64,000 nt of DNA. Source: Rotaria socialis (taxonomy: Eukaryota). The stretch covers positions 62,001-126,000 of the forward strand of contig CAJNYD010000253.1 in the NCBI GenBank assembly GCA_905331295.1. Reading direction: 5' to 3'. The notes under the pieces were generated by a model. That model was not told the origin of the DNA. It did not search any database and worked only from the letters and a program-made list of their open reading frames with translations. Positions within the stretch are counted from its first letter, which is position 1. Each line of letters opens with the position of its first letter. Of the stretch, positions 46,259 to 58,896 are shown piece by piece. Position numbers and translations under genes: made by a program.

Positions 46259-47130
46259 GAAGTTTTCATGCAGCTTAATATGCTATTTCATATTCTGCTT
46301 GCTAAGCATGAAGCTCCGCTGATTCTCAGAACTTAGTGCGTTCCTATCCAGAAATATTGTAAAAGGCCTCTCAGGAGCTTTTTCAGGGTACTTTTCGACA
46401 ACACATTGCTACAAGATGGACGTACATAAACTGCATCAATAGATTGGAACACGCTACGTGTTTCCACGTAGTTCTTTCTCTACTTCAATTATCGATTACT
46501 TGTATAAATAGGAAAAAAATCATTTAAAGCCTCCCTTGATGCGTAGGAGTATCGACTGACCATCTCGTTTTTGCCGCAGGATAGTCTACTTCGGGTGAAG
46601 CTTTCGTGCAGCTCAATGTGTTATTGTATATCCTGGTCGCTAAATATGAAGCTATGCTAATTCTCAGAACTTAGTAGGAGCTTCTTTGAACGTATTCCGA
46701 AAGGTTTTTTGAAGGCCTTTCAAAGGACTCTCCAGGGGCTTTCAAAGACGTTCATGAGACCTTTCAAAAGTCTTTGCAAGGCCTTTTCAGGCCCCTTTTC
46801 CCACAACACACTTTTCAAGATAAACATCTGTAAATTACTCTAGATTGGGAGACGTCAATTGTTCGCACCTACTTATCTTTCTCCTTCTATTTTCGATGGC
46901 TATTCTAAAGAAGTTAGAAAACTACTTAAAGTGTGCCGTTGTTGCCTATCAGCATGGACTAATTACCCGGATTCCACCGCACGATAGCCTGATTGGGACG
47001 AAGTTTTCGTGCAGTTCACAGTATGCTATTCCATATTCTGATCTTTGAGCATGGGGTATACTGATTCTCAAAACTTAGTAGACCCCTATTCAAAAATATT
47101 TGGAAAGGTCCTTCAAAGGCCGTTTTTCGA
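46259..47130 (+). repeat. Three degenerate direct repeats (~340-400-bp period)
   Basis: Blocks GAAG(T/C)TTTC(A/G)TGCAG...ATTCTCA(G/A)AACTTAGT start at about 46259, 46598 and 47000. Confidence 0.7.
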
Positions 47131-47179
47131 ACTTTAGAATTTTTAGAGTAGGAGGCGCATAAACTTCTTACGAGTATCT

Positions 47180-47218
47180 AAGGGTGTGGGTGTCGTTTTT
47201 CTGCACGCCCACACCCTT
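47180..47218. repeat. Representative telomere-repeat-like hairpin (GGGTGT)2...(ACACCC)2; about 13 copies in the window
   Basis: AAGGGTGTGGGTGT-cgtttttctgc-ACGCCCACACCCTT. Other copies are listed in findings. Confidence 0.7.
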
Positions 47219-47831
47219 TCGATGTCCATACAGCTCCTTCCACTTCATAGTAGAGGATGTTTTATGACTTCTCTCCATTATCAGGTGTAATCTGTTTCAG
47301 ATTGCTTACCATGTTGCCTTTTGCCCCATTGCTTTTATACAAGTTACTGTAGTACTTCGTCCATTATTGAGTAATCTGTTCCAGAAACTGTAGAATTTTT
47401 CCATTGCTATCTAGTGTCGCCCTTTGCCTAGGGTTAAGTTTTCTTCGTAGCACTCGTTACCAAGCTGTATGCTTGCCTAGTTTTTCCTATTGCTAGACCT
47501 ATTTTTATTGTTTCGTATGGGTGTAGATGTAGATGTGGGTGCCGGTGTGGAGTATGGTGTGTGGAGCATTGGTGGATGATGTGTGACTGCTTCTAAACAA
47601 ATGCACATACGCATACACCCACACTCTCAGCTACACTAGGTACATTTCTAAACAATAGTTGATATTATTTCTACATCTCTATATGCTACAATAAATAGAA
47701 TCTATTGGCAGACGAGTTTGTTTAAAAATTACGGTGATAATATGAACTATAGAAGACAAATAAACGACTTCAACATACAAGCATTACTATTTTAGATTTT
47801 TATTTTAAGTTTCTCGATAGAAACTTCATTA

Positions 47832-50800
47832 ATGGCTACAATACAGTGCCGAAAGCGAAAACGCAAAGGTAATTCATTCGGAGATTTTTGGGCAAAAAGA
47901 CTGATACACTAATTTGTCCTTTAGATTCAGCCGATGAACAGGAATGGAATACTGCAAATTTACTCAAGAGCCTGCAGAAAAAGGAAGGCTTATGTGAATT
48001 ACACACACATCTTCTAGGAATGGGTAATGCTTCATTTTGGGTGGATACAATTTTAACTGATCGAAGGATATTACCGACTCAAGATCATTTTATGAAAAAG
48101 AATCAAAGTAGTCTCAGGCGTGACTTAGGACCTTTAATATGGAACGATAGCATACAGCAGTTCATCGGTTCAGAACAGGTTTTCAATTTCTTTGGCTATC
48201 TCAGTTCACATGACTCATTATTACCTGAATATAAGGATATGAAGCCCTTTTGTGATTTGATATCGGAAGAGTTTGAAAAAAAGAAGGATCATCACAAGCT
48301 TACATACAAGGAGAACTTTTCTTATGATGTTGTTTTTTCATTGGAAAACATGGTAAAAGGGCTAGGATTGAAACAAAATCAGCCCAGAGATATGCTTCAA
48401 TGTGTAATCGAAGAAAAACTGGGTATTTATACAAGAAGTGATTGGAATCATCATTTTTTCTTCAAATATTGGATCATATTTAATGCAAGAGAACAAAAAC
48501 TAGAGATTATATATGGGATGCAAGCTGCAGATCTACGAATGCTTATTGGAGAAACCAAGTCCATTGACAAGCTAGGTAACACAGCTAAACGTGATGCTCG
48601 TGCACACATCATAAATGCGTTTTCGATGATGAATAGCGATGGTACAGAACCACGTTCAGTAGACTTTCATTCATTTCGTGGCGCATTTACACCAGAATTT
48701 TATCCTAGGCGATTTGCTTTAAAGGACTCATTATATACTCAGCGACTGGATTTATTAGTGTATCTCTTACAACATGTACTACATCGTTATTCAACATGTG
48801 TGCCGCCGGTGAAATATTGTGAATTTTCAGTTGGATGTGGCGATTTAACCCGTCCTTGGATGTTGGATGTTCTATCGACATTTTGTATTAGAGAAGAGTT
48901 GCATGGTTCATTTAAATCTCTGATAGATAAGAATTGTTTTCCATGGCTCAAAGCGTCAACTTCTGAACTAAAGGTTGATTATCGTTTTTTGGCTGGTTTC
49001 AACCGTCAAATTGAGCCGATTAATGACTCTTATACTCCTGATGAAGCGATTCCATTTTTATTCGAAGCACCTCACTTTGTTATTCACGCACTATTCAAGG
49101 AGTTCTACTTAACTGACAATCAAAAGCCAACTCTTTTATTCCGTAAGCAAGTACAGCAGTTGAAGGCAATGAAAACGCAAAAGGATACAAATCCTAAATT
49201 TTTGAACTTGGTTGTAGGTTTAGATGCGCTTGGTGACGAGCTTGGGCATCCCTGTTGCCCTTTTGTGGCGCATGAGTTCATAGAGTTTGTTAGAGATGCT
49301 CGGAAGCATAATCGAACTTTTGGCGTGCGTATACATGCCGCAGAAAACGCACCTTTTATTCGACCAGATTTGCCAGGCTATCGTTTATTTGCAGCGCATA
49401 TGTATATTCTTTACCGTTGCATTGACTTTTTAAAAAGGAAACTGCAGACAAACATTCGCGTGGGCCATGGTATTGCTTTTGATAAACTATTAAGCATCAA
49501 AAACTATAAATTTCGAAAGTCTAGCGTACTTGTGGCACAAATGAAAAGAGATGCTAAGTCAGTTTTCTCCGAAATTCCCTTTGAAGTAAATATAACAAGT
49601 AACTTTTATCTTTTGGGAGGTGCAATCAGAAATGTAAAGAAAGAAAAACCTTTATCTAATTTATACGATATAGAAGTTCCTGTCGTACTGTCAACTGACA
49701 ACGATGGAATATTGCCAATCGATAGGTGTGATCTTGGGCATTATTCGCATCATTCATTAGCTGCTGAATATTGTCGCGCAATCGTTACTCGTTTCATTTC
49801 AAAAGAAGAACACTTAGATCGTATGATTCAAACCTCATTTAATTCTAGATTTGCTCATAGTAAGCCCATAGAAAGAGTGAACTGGGTCAACCAAAATACA
49901 TCACATTATAACAAAGATGAATGCTACTTTCCTACAGATATAATTGTGCATCCAACTCTACTTGATATGCTTTTCAAAAGTCAAGCGTCTGTCAATGATA
50001 GGCCATCCGTATTCTTACAGTATTATAGAAATATACATAGTGAGTCAAACGTTGAGGGTCCCATAACAGATTATGATAAAATTATGATGCGTCTTTTAGT
50101 CGCATTTTTTTATTTGATGCGCGCTCGCCCTTATAAGGAGTTTAAGGAAGACTATGAAAATTTGTTTCCACCTCCCTCTGAATGTAAACACCGTTACAAA
50201 GAAATATTCACTCAGGAAGGCTGTTTAAAGATCTATGAAGTATGCAAAAAAGTACATTCGTATTTAATGACAGACACACCTAATAGAGGTGCCTATATGG
50301 AAGTGGAAGTCGATAGCGAATACTATTTATTTTGTTCGGAGGTACCTAATAATAGGAAAAGTAAACCAACTCTCTTACTGCAAAATATAAAGGAATTCAT
50401 GAACAAACGTATCAAGAATATCATAATATTTAGTTTTCTTTCAAGCATCGACGAAAATAATAATGAAATAATCGAGAATCTTCAGGAAATCGACACACTT
50501 CTTAGGGATCCGAGTAGTGAAGTAAACAGGGTTTTTCTTTATACAAACACTAAAAAAGACCTAGTTTTTCCGTTTTTAAAAAGTGGGAAAATATTCATCA
50601 ATAATAAGCCTAGTATGCGTACGGATGCGACGGAAGACGAAATTGAATCTGTATTACTTTATGCGATCTGTCCTCACTCTAGTGTCGTAACTTCTTGTAT
50701 TCACTTTATTGCAAAACACATCCATAAAAAAGGCTTCGCGATCAAGACGCGTCACGTAGATTTTCGTTACCTTGTTATTCCGTTTTTACCGTTAAATTTC

Positions 50801-51682
50801 GGTTTCACCATTGAAGGTACGAGTGAAAACCCCAAAACACAGTTTTTACAGCACTTTCATATTAGTGGAACGAATTTTGCGAAAGAAGTAGTCGTACGAG
50901 AACATGATGCATGTGAGCAACTATATGAACGACAATACAATATACTTTGCGCTGATATCAGGTACCAAAAACAAATAGAAACGAAAGATCTTCTAAAAGA
51001 AATAGGCAAATCTAAGTTTGACTTTCTTAACCTTTTGAGGATTTTGTGTGGGTCCATTAAAAACTTTAGTTTATGGCCTGCATTTTTTGTAATACTAAAC
51101 GATGTGAATGAATATAATTCCTATACAACAGATTTTGGCAATAATAATAATAATATTCCAGTGCCTATTATACAAATCGATCAGCACTTTTTGATTTGCA
51201 GTTGTGTTAACCTTTATGAACGACACCATGATAAATGGTCCTCTTGTCTTTGGTCTTTAGCTACAAGCTGGAACCCACCCTTAAACTCTGTCAATAATCC
51301 GCATGCATATCCCTATGTTACATGGACCTTAAAAATATTCGAAATCGGCAGAGAAAAACTCAATAAAGAATTCGGAGTAGATACATGGGAAGAGCTTCTG
51401 ACAAAAGTTTTACTTGATGGGGATCAACGAGCTTGGTATTCTGATACGGTTAATTATTGGTGTGACGTAATCGAGAAAGCCTTTCGCGATGAAGAGAACG
51501 TGCATTTTTTCGTCGAGTTCTTAAAAAAGTCTGATCAGTCGAAAAAGCTGTTAGCAATATTAAATGATGGAGGACGTCATAAACTAGGTAATCAATGGCA
51601 ATTAGACGTAATAGAAAAGCGTCAAGCTAAACAAATTTTGAATAAGCTAAAAGAGACGATGGAACAGGCTCTAATCTGTTGA
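47832..51682 (+). CDS. Large adenosine/AMP-deaminase-fold protein (1264 aa) with unknown C-terminal half; 2 exons (47832-47868, 47925-51682)
   Basis: Metal and catalytic motifs ELHTHLLG, VGLDALGDE, IHAAE, RVGHG, EVNITSN, STDNDG. The track start is a TTG inside a 56-bp GT-AG intron with a CTAAT branch site. Exon 1 (MATIQCRKRKRK) splices in frame. Confidence 0.88.
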
Positions 51683-53095
51683 TCTTACACGAAAAGCTAG
51701 CATCGAGAAAAACAACAACAAATCATACATCTTGAGAAACGCAAAAAAATAGTGTCGCCTTTGAAGCATGCACAACATTTCATAAATACCGATGTAGTTC
51801 TAGGTCAATATCATAAATACGTATATATGCGAACCCTATATACTCTAAAAGATAAGTCTTTTACGAAACCGGCACTTGTTTTATACGAAACTCGAAAATT
51901 TCCTCGCTTGGGCACATGGGGAGATACTTTAAACAGCTCGGCACAATTAAACATTATTTTTTTGTAGCGTTTGGTTGTACCTAGAGGTTTCTTCAAGTGC
52001 AAAAAAACTTTTTTCTTTTTTGAGTGTATTGTACAAGTCACATTTTTAGTTTTTCATGGCCTAGACATTCATCTTTGCGTTTTCATTTGTTTAGTACTTA
52101 ACCCTGATCTAGTATATATTTTACCTTTTTGAAAAGTAGCATTATTTTTTCTCGTCCATCTTTGTTTTATCTATTTTCAAAACTGATTATTCTCATCATT
52201 TTACTTCATTTTTAACTTGCAATTGAATTTTTCTGTGGTATTTCACTTGTTTTTATTTTATTTGTTCGTACTACTGTTGCATGCTTCTAAAATGAATATG
52301 ATGCTTTCTTTACTAGCTTTTTTCATAAATAATCTGAATCAACTTTACCTGATATAAAAAAACAGTTATCGCAAACTGCCCAACTATGTTCTATTTAACA
52401 CATTCAGGAACTCGATTGAAAAAATAAGAAACAACATATCTCACTTAACAAACATAACAACAGCAAACTGTTAAGCAGTTAAACAAAAGCATGTTTTCTT
52501 TCTTCTATTGTATACTTAACTGTTTATCCTGAAGACTCAGTGAACCTCTCAAAAGATTAATAGATGCATGGTACAAGACGATAATGCCAGTGCAGTCTAT
52601 TGAGAAGATGAGAGTGATAATTTAGATCTAAGGAAACTTCATTTTTTTATTTAATGAAATAGAATTTCTATCTACATGCAAAGTTTGCTTATCTATTGAA
52701 TCCTATTATTATCTGGATGCCTCGGACGCGACAAATAGGCTGCTGCTTTTGAACAAAACTTCTGTTTCACTAGAGGCATGTTTATATACACTCAAAACCA
52801 TACTCGTGTGTAAACAATGGGATTCTGGATTTCTTGTTTATATGAGTGATACGGCTAATACAATGTTGTTTTGGTACGACGACAGTTTAGCCTTTCTTGA
52901 TTAATTTAACATTTTAGCGCATTTAAAAGACGGCAATGATTTTAAATAAGGAAAACTTATATCTACTCATACCATCTTTTCTTGCCAGTGATTCGTCAGG
53001 CAATCCTCCCTGATCTTAAAATTAAAAATTTCTGTAGCGAGGTAGCATTTTTTCGAAAGTCATGACCTGTTGATCTATTTGTGAAGTCTTGACAC

Positions 53096-53732
53096 ATCAA
53101 CACGTAGACGAAGTTATCAAAAGATTCAAGTATTTCCATCTGATATTCGCTACAACAGCAGTTTTAAAACTGCTACTTTTGTTCCAGATGCATCTCTACA
53201 TGCTCTATCCAATGCTGCAATCCANGCGGATTCGCTCAAACACTGGTTCCAATGCTCCTATTCTGCTCCAAGTCTTTCTCGGTGAGATCTATCGATTGTC
53301 ACAAGAATAGGAGCATTCGAAGAAGTGTTCGAGCGAACCCGCGACGGTTTTCGTTTTCGGGATGTTTGGTGTCCATGGCAACTGGGTGGTATTTTGTGAA
53401 TATTTTTCGGATAGTTCAAGATATCGTGAAGTGAATTTTGGCATTTGATGTATCTGGGGTTGGTGCATTTGGGAGTGAGCTGAAACGGTTCGAACAAGTT
53501 TCTGGGTGAATATATGTAGAATTTTCTGTAGAAATTGCTTATTTTTCTGGATTTTGCTTTTGGTAAAATATGGTTTTCTCTTGAACGGTTTGAGATGGGG
53601 GGAAATGGATTGCAGCATTGGATAGAGCATGTAGAGATGCATCTGGAACAAAAGTAGCAGTTTTAAAACTGCTGTTGTAGCGAATATCAGATGGAAATAC
53701 TTGAATCTTTTGATAATTTTGCCTACGTTGAT
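53096..53732. mobile_element. Foldback element with ~125-bp near-perfect inverted arms
   Basis: 53101-53224 is the reverse complement of 53606-53730. N at 53225. Confidence 0.75.
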
Positions 53733-54780
53733 TCCCGACGTTCGACAAGGAAAAACAGTTGTCCACTAGTTAAAAATAGAATCAACTAATTGATTCGACT
53801 ATTCGAGCGCTGATCTTTTGTTTTTCATCGTTCTAAGTCAAGCAACCTTTAGAGGCAACAGTAAAAGTACCGATACATTGCTACCAATAATTTTAGTCAA
53901 ATTTATGGGACCCGACAACATCAAGGTCGTGGAAAAGAACTTCTTCGTTCTAAACAATTTTCCATGTTTGAATATGATGAAACACTTACATTTTCTATTT
54001 ACTATTAGATTAAAACATTGAGATCAGCGCTCTGATCATTTTTAGGACAATAAAGCATATACTCATGCTACATATAACATGGAGAAAACTAATACGCATT
54101 ATCAACTATCTTGAGGGTGTGCGTGTGTGGTGGGTGTACATAAAAACACAAGATACTCACACTCAGGCACCCTGTGGATTTTCAAGATATGCGCATTCTG
54201 TGAAATACCAGTTTTACTGTTAATTTAACTCTAGCTATTTGACTGATCAGAACAGCAGTGAGATCTCACCTGAGCTGCGAAGGCGCGTAAATAATGAAAT
54301 CCAGCTAACATGCCTGAAACATGCAGACCCAGTGAAATTATCAACTCGCTAAACCCACATCAGCATCGTGCACCCTACATGCATATCCTGGCATCATACT
54401 TTAGCAAGTCGATCTGATTTATAAATATCTAGCACAGCTCAATGTTACAAACAATTTCCCTGGCGGTCTTTTGTCCGGCCACCTACAAATCTGTCATAGT
54501 GAAGGATTACTATTTGCTGGTACCTATGCTATTGATTATCCCACACACTGAGCAAAGAGTAGATTATTATTATTTCAAGTGATAAATACAAAATTGATGA
54601 AATATCTATTTCGTTTAATCAAAAACTAACCAAAATTTCAAAAAAGGTTCAGTATTGATTTAATATACAAATAAATACCATTAATCAGTGTAATCGGCGT
54701 CCACACTGAAATTCTCTGTCCTAAACACTTCAGCAATTAAAGTCGCTGCTCAGGTTCTTCCAGTGGTGTTTTTGTGTGGC

Positions 54781-55935
54781 TCATTGAATGTTTACCATTT
54801 TGTCAGAACCCGGAGCTGCTTGGCGACTGCGTTTACGTCGAGTCTTTCTGGTTAAAGCAACATCTGTTTCGAATTGAAGTTCTTCCGTTCTATTATTATC
54901 GCTGATTGAAATGCTCGTCGGAGATATGCTCCTCGGACCTTTTAAAAGTGCAACCCAATCTTTCGCATCGACTGCGTAAGCTATAGCAGTAATCGTGCTG
55001 TGCATGATAACTAAGTTCATTAATAGCATGGCAACTGTATCTGATATGTCTATTCTTTTCGAGCAGTTTAGACCGATAAGTACCAAAACCAAAATACATA
55101 TCGAGAGATCAAAGATAAGAATTGCGAATTGTAAGTAAGGACGTTTAAACATGCTTGGATCTTGTTGATGTTTCATTATGGAATGATGTAGTCCCATAAT
55201 AGAGGCCAATTTAACAAATAAACCCGCAGCAATACCTTTATGGCGTTCGTTAGCAAATAAGTTGACTACAAGAACCAATTTCAAATAGTATTTAAGTACA
55301 TATAGTACGGAAAAACACACTCCAATCCGCTCAATAAAGTAAATTACATCATAATTCTTCCAGGTCCACCAATAACACACAATGGTACTATTAAATGTTG
55401 TGTTGATTTTCTCCTCAGCATAGCACTGAATATAGCTGTCCGGTTGATCTTTTCCCAGCGTGAACTCAAAACAATCTGTAACATCGTATGGCGGACACAA
55501 AGCATTCCTCAGTTTAGTGCTCTCTGGTACAATGAATCTAATAATGAATATAAGTGATATAGAGTTCAGGATGCATACAATCAACCAGTCGAACGATAAT
55601 TTCACCAACGAGAAAAATTTATTTTCAAACGCAATCTTTTTACCATAAAAGTCTATCAATACTTTGGTCCTTCGTTTTTTTGCTGGTGATTCAACAGATT
55701 CATTAACATTTGCCTGTGTCACTGCCTGGATGTTTTCAGTATGCTCTTCGTTTTCATCAATATTGCTTGCTTTTATGTCAAGTAGTCCCTCAATAATCCA
55801 ATAGAACAACTGGCACCAGTATTTTCCTAGACAAAGTATGATAACATAAATCAATACTAGTAACACTATATAAGCATTCCCTGCAGTATTGTAATACATG
55901 TTATATAAATATTTTTCACTTGGGGACAATGGCAT
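54781..55935 (-). CDS. Uncharacterised ~5-TM membrane protein with Cys-rich loop (pair B, copy 2; C-terminal 1-bp deletion)
   Basis: Paralog of 26075-27274, ATG at 55935. A frameshift near 54802 replaces the last ~22 aa with DKMVNIQ*. Confidence 0.82.
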   Translation of the reverse strand: MPLSPSEKYLYNMYYNTAGNAYIVLLVLIYVIILCLGKYWCQLFYWIIEGLLDIKASNIDENEEHTENIQAVTQANVNESVESPAKKRRTKVLIDFYGKKIAFENKFFSLVKLSFDWLIVCILNSISLIFIIRFIVPESTKLRNALCPPYDVTDCFEFTLGKDQPDSYIQCYAEEKINTTFNSTIVCYWWTWKNYDVIYFIERIGVCFSVLYVLKYYLKLVLVVNLFANERHKGIAAGLFVKLASIMGLHHSIMKHQQDPSMFKRPYLQFAILIFDLSICILVLVLIGLNCSKRIDISDTVAMLLMNLVIMHSTITAIAYAVDAKDWVALLKGPRSISPTSISISDNNRTEELQFETDVALTRKTRRKRSRQAAPGSDKMVNIQ

Positions 55936-57324
55936 GACTTCAGTTCGTTGATCCAATAGTTCACTCTAAAACAAAGTAATATGATCAGATAAACAGTTTT
56001 TCTCTAGAATCCAAAGGTGTGATGTGTTTTCTAAGTATAAATTTACTATCTTTGCTCGCAGGTATAAAAATACTACTGTATGCTAAAAGCGAGAATTTTC
56101 TCTACACTTCGCAACAGCTGGTGAATGCTCAATACATTTATACAGTGTCAGAATTACATATTCAGTAATCTCTCAGGCAAACTATCAACGTATGAGTGAT
56201 GATTACCTTGAACAAAGACGATATTTGATATTTCTATCAGCACATCTCCCTGTATTTCTAATAGTAGTAGTAAGTCGTCAGATACCTAAGTGTACAAGAG
56301 TTTTGAAATTTTCAAATGAATCTTTACACATTATTTCACCTAGCAAAACTCTCACTGGACAATGGATTGTGTAACGACTTCTATCACACTGAGGTAAATA
56401 CATGCAGAACTTCTAGAAACTCAGTAAAACCTTCGCTAAAGAAACTAAAAATCATCACTTTTAACTCATTCTACATGATAAATGAGTGAACATTTTGACC
56501 GTCATATTTAGCTTTTCATCATCACTTGCTGCATTAAATCAGGAATGCATTTAGTAAGTTTTATCAATTTTCATTTGAAAAAAGAAGAAGTTAACACACT
56601 TACTCAAATATCATGATGCTATAGATTCCAGTCTAGGGTTCATATAATCGAAAAAATGCATGTATTACTATAACTAAACGTTGGTAAAATTTGACTGTAT
56701 TAACGAGGATTTAATCATTGCGACTAATTCACAATATGAAAAGTGTTCTCATGCGAGTTTTAGGTTCGAAGTGAAATATCAAGCAATGAAAGAAAAAAAT
56801 ATATACTCATGCAAATGAGAACACTGCTAATATATGCCCCTTAAAAAGGAAGTACGTTTCGATAAAAATATACACAATCATGGTAACTAATTGAAACAAA
56901 AAGAAAACATTTAAGTGTATACATTACTATCTCATTGTACTTCTTTAAATTTTATCTTATCTTTAGGAGTTCTTTGTAGCTAGAACAATATTGTGACAAG
57001 ACAGTCAAACAGGTCAAAGAAGAATGTGCGTGAGAATTTTAAACAAAAAATTAATTATATTTGAACTTTCGTCAGGCAGCCGATATTTTTTTCGGGATAG
57101 TCATCAAGGTAATACTATACACAAATTATCAACAAAAACTAAGAAAGACATATTGCCATGAGTAGATTACAGGGTGAGTGATGGTGGAAGAGTGTGCATG
57201 GGTATGAAACAGCTTGAGGGTGCGGGTATGGACGTGATTTTTTTATTGCAACACCCACACCCACACCCGGCCTATTTACTGCCGTAAATATACCGTTTTG
57301 GCATCGTTTACCGTCGATAAACAG

Positions 57325-58019
57325 NNNNNNNNNNNNNNNNNNNNNNNNNNNNNNNNNNNNNNNNNNNNNNNNNNNNNNNNNNNNNNNNNNNNNNNNNNNN
57401 NNNNNNNNNNNNNNNNNNNNNNNNNNNNNNNNNNNNNNNNNNNNNNNNNNNNNNNNNNNNNNNNNNNNNNNNNNNNNNNNNNNNNNNNNNNNNNNNNNNN
57501 NNNNNNNNNNNNNNNNNNNNNNNNNNNNNNNNNNNNNNNNNNNNNNNNNNNNNNNNNNNNNNNNNNNNNNNNNNNNNNNNNNNNNNNNNNNNNNNNNNNN
57601 NNNNNNNNNNNNNNNNNNNNNNNNNNNNNNNNNNNNNNNNNNNNNNNNNNNNNNNNNNNNNNNNNNNNNNNNNNNNNNNNNNNNNNNNNNNNNNNNNNNN
57701 NNNNNNNNNNNNNNNNNNNNNNNNNNNNNNNNNNNNNNNNNNNNNNNNNNNNNNNNNNNNNNNNNNNNNNNNNNNNNNNNNNNNNNNNNNNNNNNNNNNN
57801 NNNNNNNNNNNNNNNNNNNNNNNNNNNNNNNNNNNNNNNNNNNNNNNNNNNNNNNNNNNNNNNNNNNNNNNNNNNNNNNNNNNNNNNNNNNNNNNNNNNN
57901 NNNNNNNNNNNNNNNNNNNNNNNNNNNNNNNNNNNNNNNNNNNNNNNNNNNNNNNNNNNNNNNNNNNNNNNNNNNNNNNNNNNNNNNNNNNNNNNNNNNN
58001 NNNNNNNNNNNNNNNNNNN
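57325..58019. other. Assembly gap (695 N)
   Basis: N run. The corresponding segment in duplicate copy 1 is 28665-30409 (1745 bp). Confidence 0.99.
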
Positions 58020-58896
58020 CGAGAAAACAATAAATGTATATGTTGGAAAGAATAACAATTGTCACACGTATTAGTATTAAATAAGAAAATACTATTGATA
58101 CGAGGGCAACTTATGCACTGATTTTATTCAATACTAATAAAACTACTATATTGATGTGTCAGCTTCAACTTGTATGTATAAATCCAAAACGATAAAGAGT
58201 GAAGGACAGCATTTTTGATTACATAAGTTAAAGGATTCTCTCAAACTATTGGTATCGTTACAAAATTGAACAGGTAATAGTGACATTGCTTGTTTACCGT
58301 GCTGTAATTTTCATTTAATACATGTATTATCTGGTCCATATCCGATATCGTGAACAAAAAAATGTCTAGCTTTAGCTATGCAACTTATATACATAAACGA
58401 ATGCAATAAATATGTGAAAATAGTGTCATTCGACTGAGAGAGAAGTAGAAAAATCAAGCCATTTACTTGTATGAGATTTATGTAACTAAAAGTTGATAAA
58501 GTTCACTAAATATACAATTCTTGTTTTTGTGATCCATTAAACCTAAGTTCAAGTTGGTATGTTAAGCACAGTATTCAGATTCATCGGTTTATCTCATAAG
58601 ATTGTTTTACTATCTGACTAAGTCCATGAATGAGATTATTTTTTCTTCAGAAACATTGAAAACCATTGAAAAATGCTCTAGATAACGCTATCAGTTAGTT
58701 GAGTATACAATATATTATACTGTTGCAAACTGCTGCAAAACTCAATTTTTCACTTGAATATAGATAAACGAAGTGGTGGCTGATAAAATGACTCATTTAG
58801 CTAATAGTTATTTTCGAAAGTAGAAACCAGTATTACTGGTGATCAGTATTTACTGGACCAGTAGACCAGTATAATACTGGTACTGGTGCATCCCTA
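58020..58896. mobile_element. hAT-type foldback element, right end (partner of the left end at 30101)
   Basis: Ends TACTGGTACTGGTGCATCCCTA followed by CCAGCATA. ~58650-58832 is the reverse complement of ~30121-30300. Confidence 0.75.

Larger units (their letters stand above)
54107..58690 (+). repeat. Segmental duplication, copy 2 (partner 25462-31080), interrupted by an assembly gap
   Basis: Collinear with copy 1 on both sides of the N run. Confidence 0.92.

Noticed and set aside
22470..49050. Other CTGATGA occurrences as hammerheads (e.g. ~22477, ~34040, ~38920, ~49038)
   Set aside because: None is followed by a stem II and GAAAC..GTH core, and most lie in coding sequence.
47832..51682. 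Complete RADAR (RdrA+RdrB) defence system
   Set aside because: No P-loop ATPase partner is visible in the window, and the resemblance to RdrB is limited to motifs shared by the whole ADA fold.
53805..54032. Small MITE with GAGCGCTGATCT inverted ends
   Set aside because: Only a 12-bp inverted repeat, with no TSD and no second copy in the window; insufficient support.
57139..58074. Long ORFs of 240-308 aa in the track
   Set aside because: Artefacts of translating the N gap.
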